Origin: Flavobacteriales bacterium
GTDB lineage: Bacteria > Bacteroidota > Bacteroidia > Palsa-965
Length of the DNA: 64,000 bases
Assembly: GCA_040377305.1 (NCBI GenBank)
Contig: JBEIPA010000016.1
Location: 32,001 to 96,000 of the forward strand
Direction of reading: 5' to 3'
Positions 61,843 to 64,000 of this stretch are shown here, piece after piece. The translations under genes were made by a program, and so were the position numbers. Position 1 is the stretch's first letter, and every line of letters begins with the position of its first letter. A model generated the notes under the pieces. The model did not search any database and was not told the origin of the DNA. It worked only from the letters and a program-made list of their open reading frames with translations.

Positions 61843-62751
61843 ATGTCCGTAATCGGAAACACACCTCTCATCAAACTCACTCGCCTCTCCGAACCCGGTT
61901 GCGCCGACATCTACGTCAAGTACGAAGGTGGAAATCCGACCGGCTCGATGAAAGACCGCATGGCGCTTTCCATGATTGAAGGTGCGGAACGTCGTGGTGA
62001 ACTGAAGACCGGCGGGACGATCCTCGAATATACCGGTGGAAGCACCGGATGTTCACTCGCGATGGTTGCCGCTACCAAAGGCTACAAAGCGAAGCTTGTT
62101 TCTTCGGACGCGTTCTCAGAAGAGAAACTGCAGATGATGAAAGCGTTCGGTGCTGAACTCATCATGGTTCCTTCGGAGGGCGGAATGATCACCGGAGATT
62201 TACTACTGAAACTCGTTGCGCGTGCGAAAGAACTCAGTACAGAACCAAATACATTCTGGACAGATCAATTCAACAATGTCGACAATCGGAATGCGTATCA
62301 CGCAATGGCGCGTGAGATCATTGCAGAGCTGGGAACGTTTGATGAATTCATCACCGGTATTGGAACGGGAGGATCATTCTCCGGTAATTCAGAAATATTC
62401 AAGAAAGAAATTCCAGGTGTAAGTTGTGTTGCAGTGGAGCCGGATGGAGTGCGAACTTATTCGGGTGGAGATAAATCGGGTAAACACCGACTCGAAGGAA
62501 TCGGAAACAGTTTCATCACTGCAATCTGCAGAACGGATCTCATAGATAATGTTGTGTCGGTGACGGATGCAGATGCATACACTTATGCACGTCGGCTTGT
62601 ACGTGAAGAAGGAATTTTTGGAGGCACAACTTCCGGTGCGAATATTTGGGCAGCTGTTCAACGCGCGAGAAAGCTTGGCTCCGGAAAGAAAGTTGTAACC
62701 TTGGTTTGTGATTCGGGATTGAAATATCTGAAGGGTGATTTATACAAATAG
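61843..62751 (+). CDS. PLP-dependent cysteine synthase family protein
   Basis: GNTPL, NPTGSMKDR, GIGTGG, CDSGLKYL. Confidence 0.9.
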   Translation: MSVIGNTPLIKLTRLSEPGCADIYVKYEGGNPTGSMKDRMALSMIEGAERRGELKTGGTILEYTGGSTGCSLAMVAATKGYKAKLVSSDAFSEEKLQMMKAFGAELIMVPSEGGMITGDLLLKLVARAKELSTEPNTFWTDQFNNVDNRNAYHAMAREIIAELGTFDEFITGIGTGGSFSGNSEIFKKEIPGVSCVAVEPDGVRTYSGGDKSGKHRLEGIGNSFITAICRTDLIDNVVSVTDADAYTYARRLVREEGIFGGTTSGANIWAAVQRARKLGSGKKVVTLVCDSGLKYLKGDLYK

Positions 62752-62754
62752 ACT

Positions 62755-63369
62755 ATGCTGAAGAAAACATTCACTTCCCTTGCTTCTAATTATTGCGACG
62801 ACGCGACATTGATTGAAACGTGCTGGAAAGAAATCGAGTTGAACTATTCTCATCGCAAACGCCATTATCACACGCTAAAGCATCTTGAAAATCTGTACAC
62901 GTCACTGAATGAAGTTCGGGAATTAGTCTCCGATTGGAATACACTACTCTTCACCTTGTTCTACCACGACGCAGTTTACAATGCACTGAATGGTGATAAC
63001 GAGGAGAAAAGTGCCTCACTTGCGATACAACGACTCAAGGAAATGGATGTCCCGTTCCAAATGATTGAGCGATGTAGCCAGCAGATTCTTGCCACGAAGC
63101 AGCATCAGTTTGATCGGGATTCTGACACAAACTATTTCACCGACGCTGATCTTTCCATTCTGGGTGCAGACTGGAGTGCATATTCAGAATATGCCGCGAA
63201 CGTGCGAAAGGAGTATTCGATGTATCCAGACCTTCTTTACAAGCCGGGACGTAGAAAAGTATTACTGCATTTTCTGAATATGAAGGGAATTTTCAAGACC
63301 GTGCACTTTTCCGAAAAGTTTGAATCGCAGGCAAGATTGAATCTGCAGCAAGAACTAAAAACGCTATGA
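62755..63369 (+). CDS. HD-superfamily metal-dependent phosphohydrolase
   Basis: RHYHTLKH, FYHDAVY, NEEKSA, DADLSILG. Confidence 0.85.
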   Translation: MLKKTFTSLASNYCDDATLIETCWKEIELNYSHRKRHYHTLKHLENLYTSLNEVRELVSDWNTLLFTLFYHDAVYNALNGDNEEKSASLAIQRLKEMDVPFQMIERCSQQILATKQHQFDRDSDTNYFTDADLSILGADWSAYSEYAANVRKEYSMYPDLLYKPGRRKVLLHFLNMKGIFKTVHFSEKFESQARLNLQQELKTL

Positions 63370-63818
63370 TTACGCTGTTGCGCACAACCTCCGACAATGT
63401 TGACTTCCTCGAACTTGTTCGTCAACTCGACGTTGATCTCAAAATTCGCGATGGCGAGGATCATCCGTTCTATGATCAGTTCAATAAAGTGGACGCGATC
63501 AAACATGTAGTTATGGCTTACGACAATGAATTGCCCGTTGGTTGTGGTGCGATCAAGGAGTTTGATTCCGGATCAATGGAAGTGAAACGTATGTACACGC
63601 CACCCGAACGTCGCGGAAAGGGAATCGCCGTTACAGTACTTACTGAATTGGAACAATGGGCGAAAGAACTTGGCTACAAAACCTGCGTACTTGAAACAGG
63701 GAAAGCTCAGCCCGAAGCAATTGCGTTGTACACGAAATGCGGATACAAGATCATTTCGAATTATGGGCAATATGCGGGTGTTGCCAACAGTGTGTGCTTC
63801 CAAAAAATGATTAGTTGA
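63366..63818 (+). CDS. GNAT family N-acetyltransferase
   Basis: VGCGA, EVKRMY, RGKGIA, LETG..QPEAIALY. Confidence 0.92.
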   Translation: MITLLRTTSDNVDFLELVRQLDVDLKIRDGEDHPFYDQFNKVDAIKHVVMAYDNELPVGCGAIKEFDSGSMEVKRMYTPPERRGKGIAVTVLTELEQWAKELGYKTCVLETGKAQPEAIALYTKCGYKIISNYGQYAGVANSVCFQKMIS

Positions 63819-63917
63819 CCCTTCGACAGGCTCAGGACAAGTATGCCGATTAGTTAATTAGTCGATTACTTTGTTATTTTAGAAGGCGTTTACTCACTAA
63901 CACATCACTAGTCTACT

Positions 63918-64000
63918 ATGAAACTTTTTTCTGCCATCATCAAACTCTCCGGAGGCGCACTCATTCTGGTTGCCGTTGTCGGATTTATCTGCGGACTTTT
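63918..64000 (+). CDS. Partial ORF, membrane-anchored protein (runs off window)
   Basis: MKLFSAIIKLSGGALILVAVVGFICGL..., open to window end. Confidence 0.5.
   Translation, partial: MKLFSAIIKLSGGALILVAVVGFICGL

Overview
Gene-dense window from a Bacteroidota chromosome. Evidence for the phylum: TAnnTTTG promoter boxes, type IX secretion (T9SS) cargo and a PorP/SprF protein. About 50 CDS: housekeeping genes (pdxJ, tsaB, sucA, sucB, kdsB, hemJ-like, rbfA, lolC/E-like, tatD, asparaginase, dusB), several peptidases, a LytS/LytTR pair, a TolC-adaptor pair, a TonB-dependent receptor and seven T9SS substrates, including a cargo-PorP-OmpA/PD40 triad. There is one tRNA-Ser(GGA). No transposase, integrase, CRISPR array or rRNA was seen. 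The unusual signal is non-coding. Many intergenic gaps hold structured repeats: two copies of a ~190-210 bp nested palindrome, a REP-doublet-like element, another ~200 bp palindrome, about ten 6-8-mer periodic repeats with mirror arms, a 116-118 bp tandem duplication with terminators, and a tRNA 3'-end duplication. All calls are by eye from motifs, with no database searches. Several starts were moved from the ORF track to likelier downstream codons.
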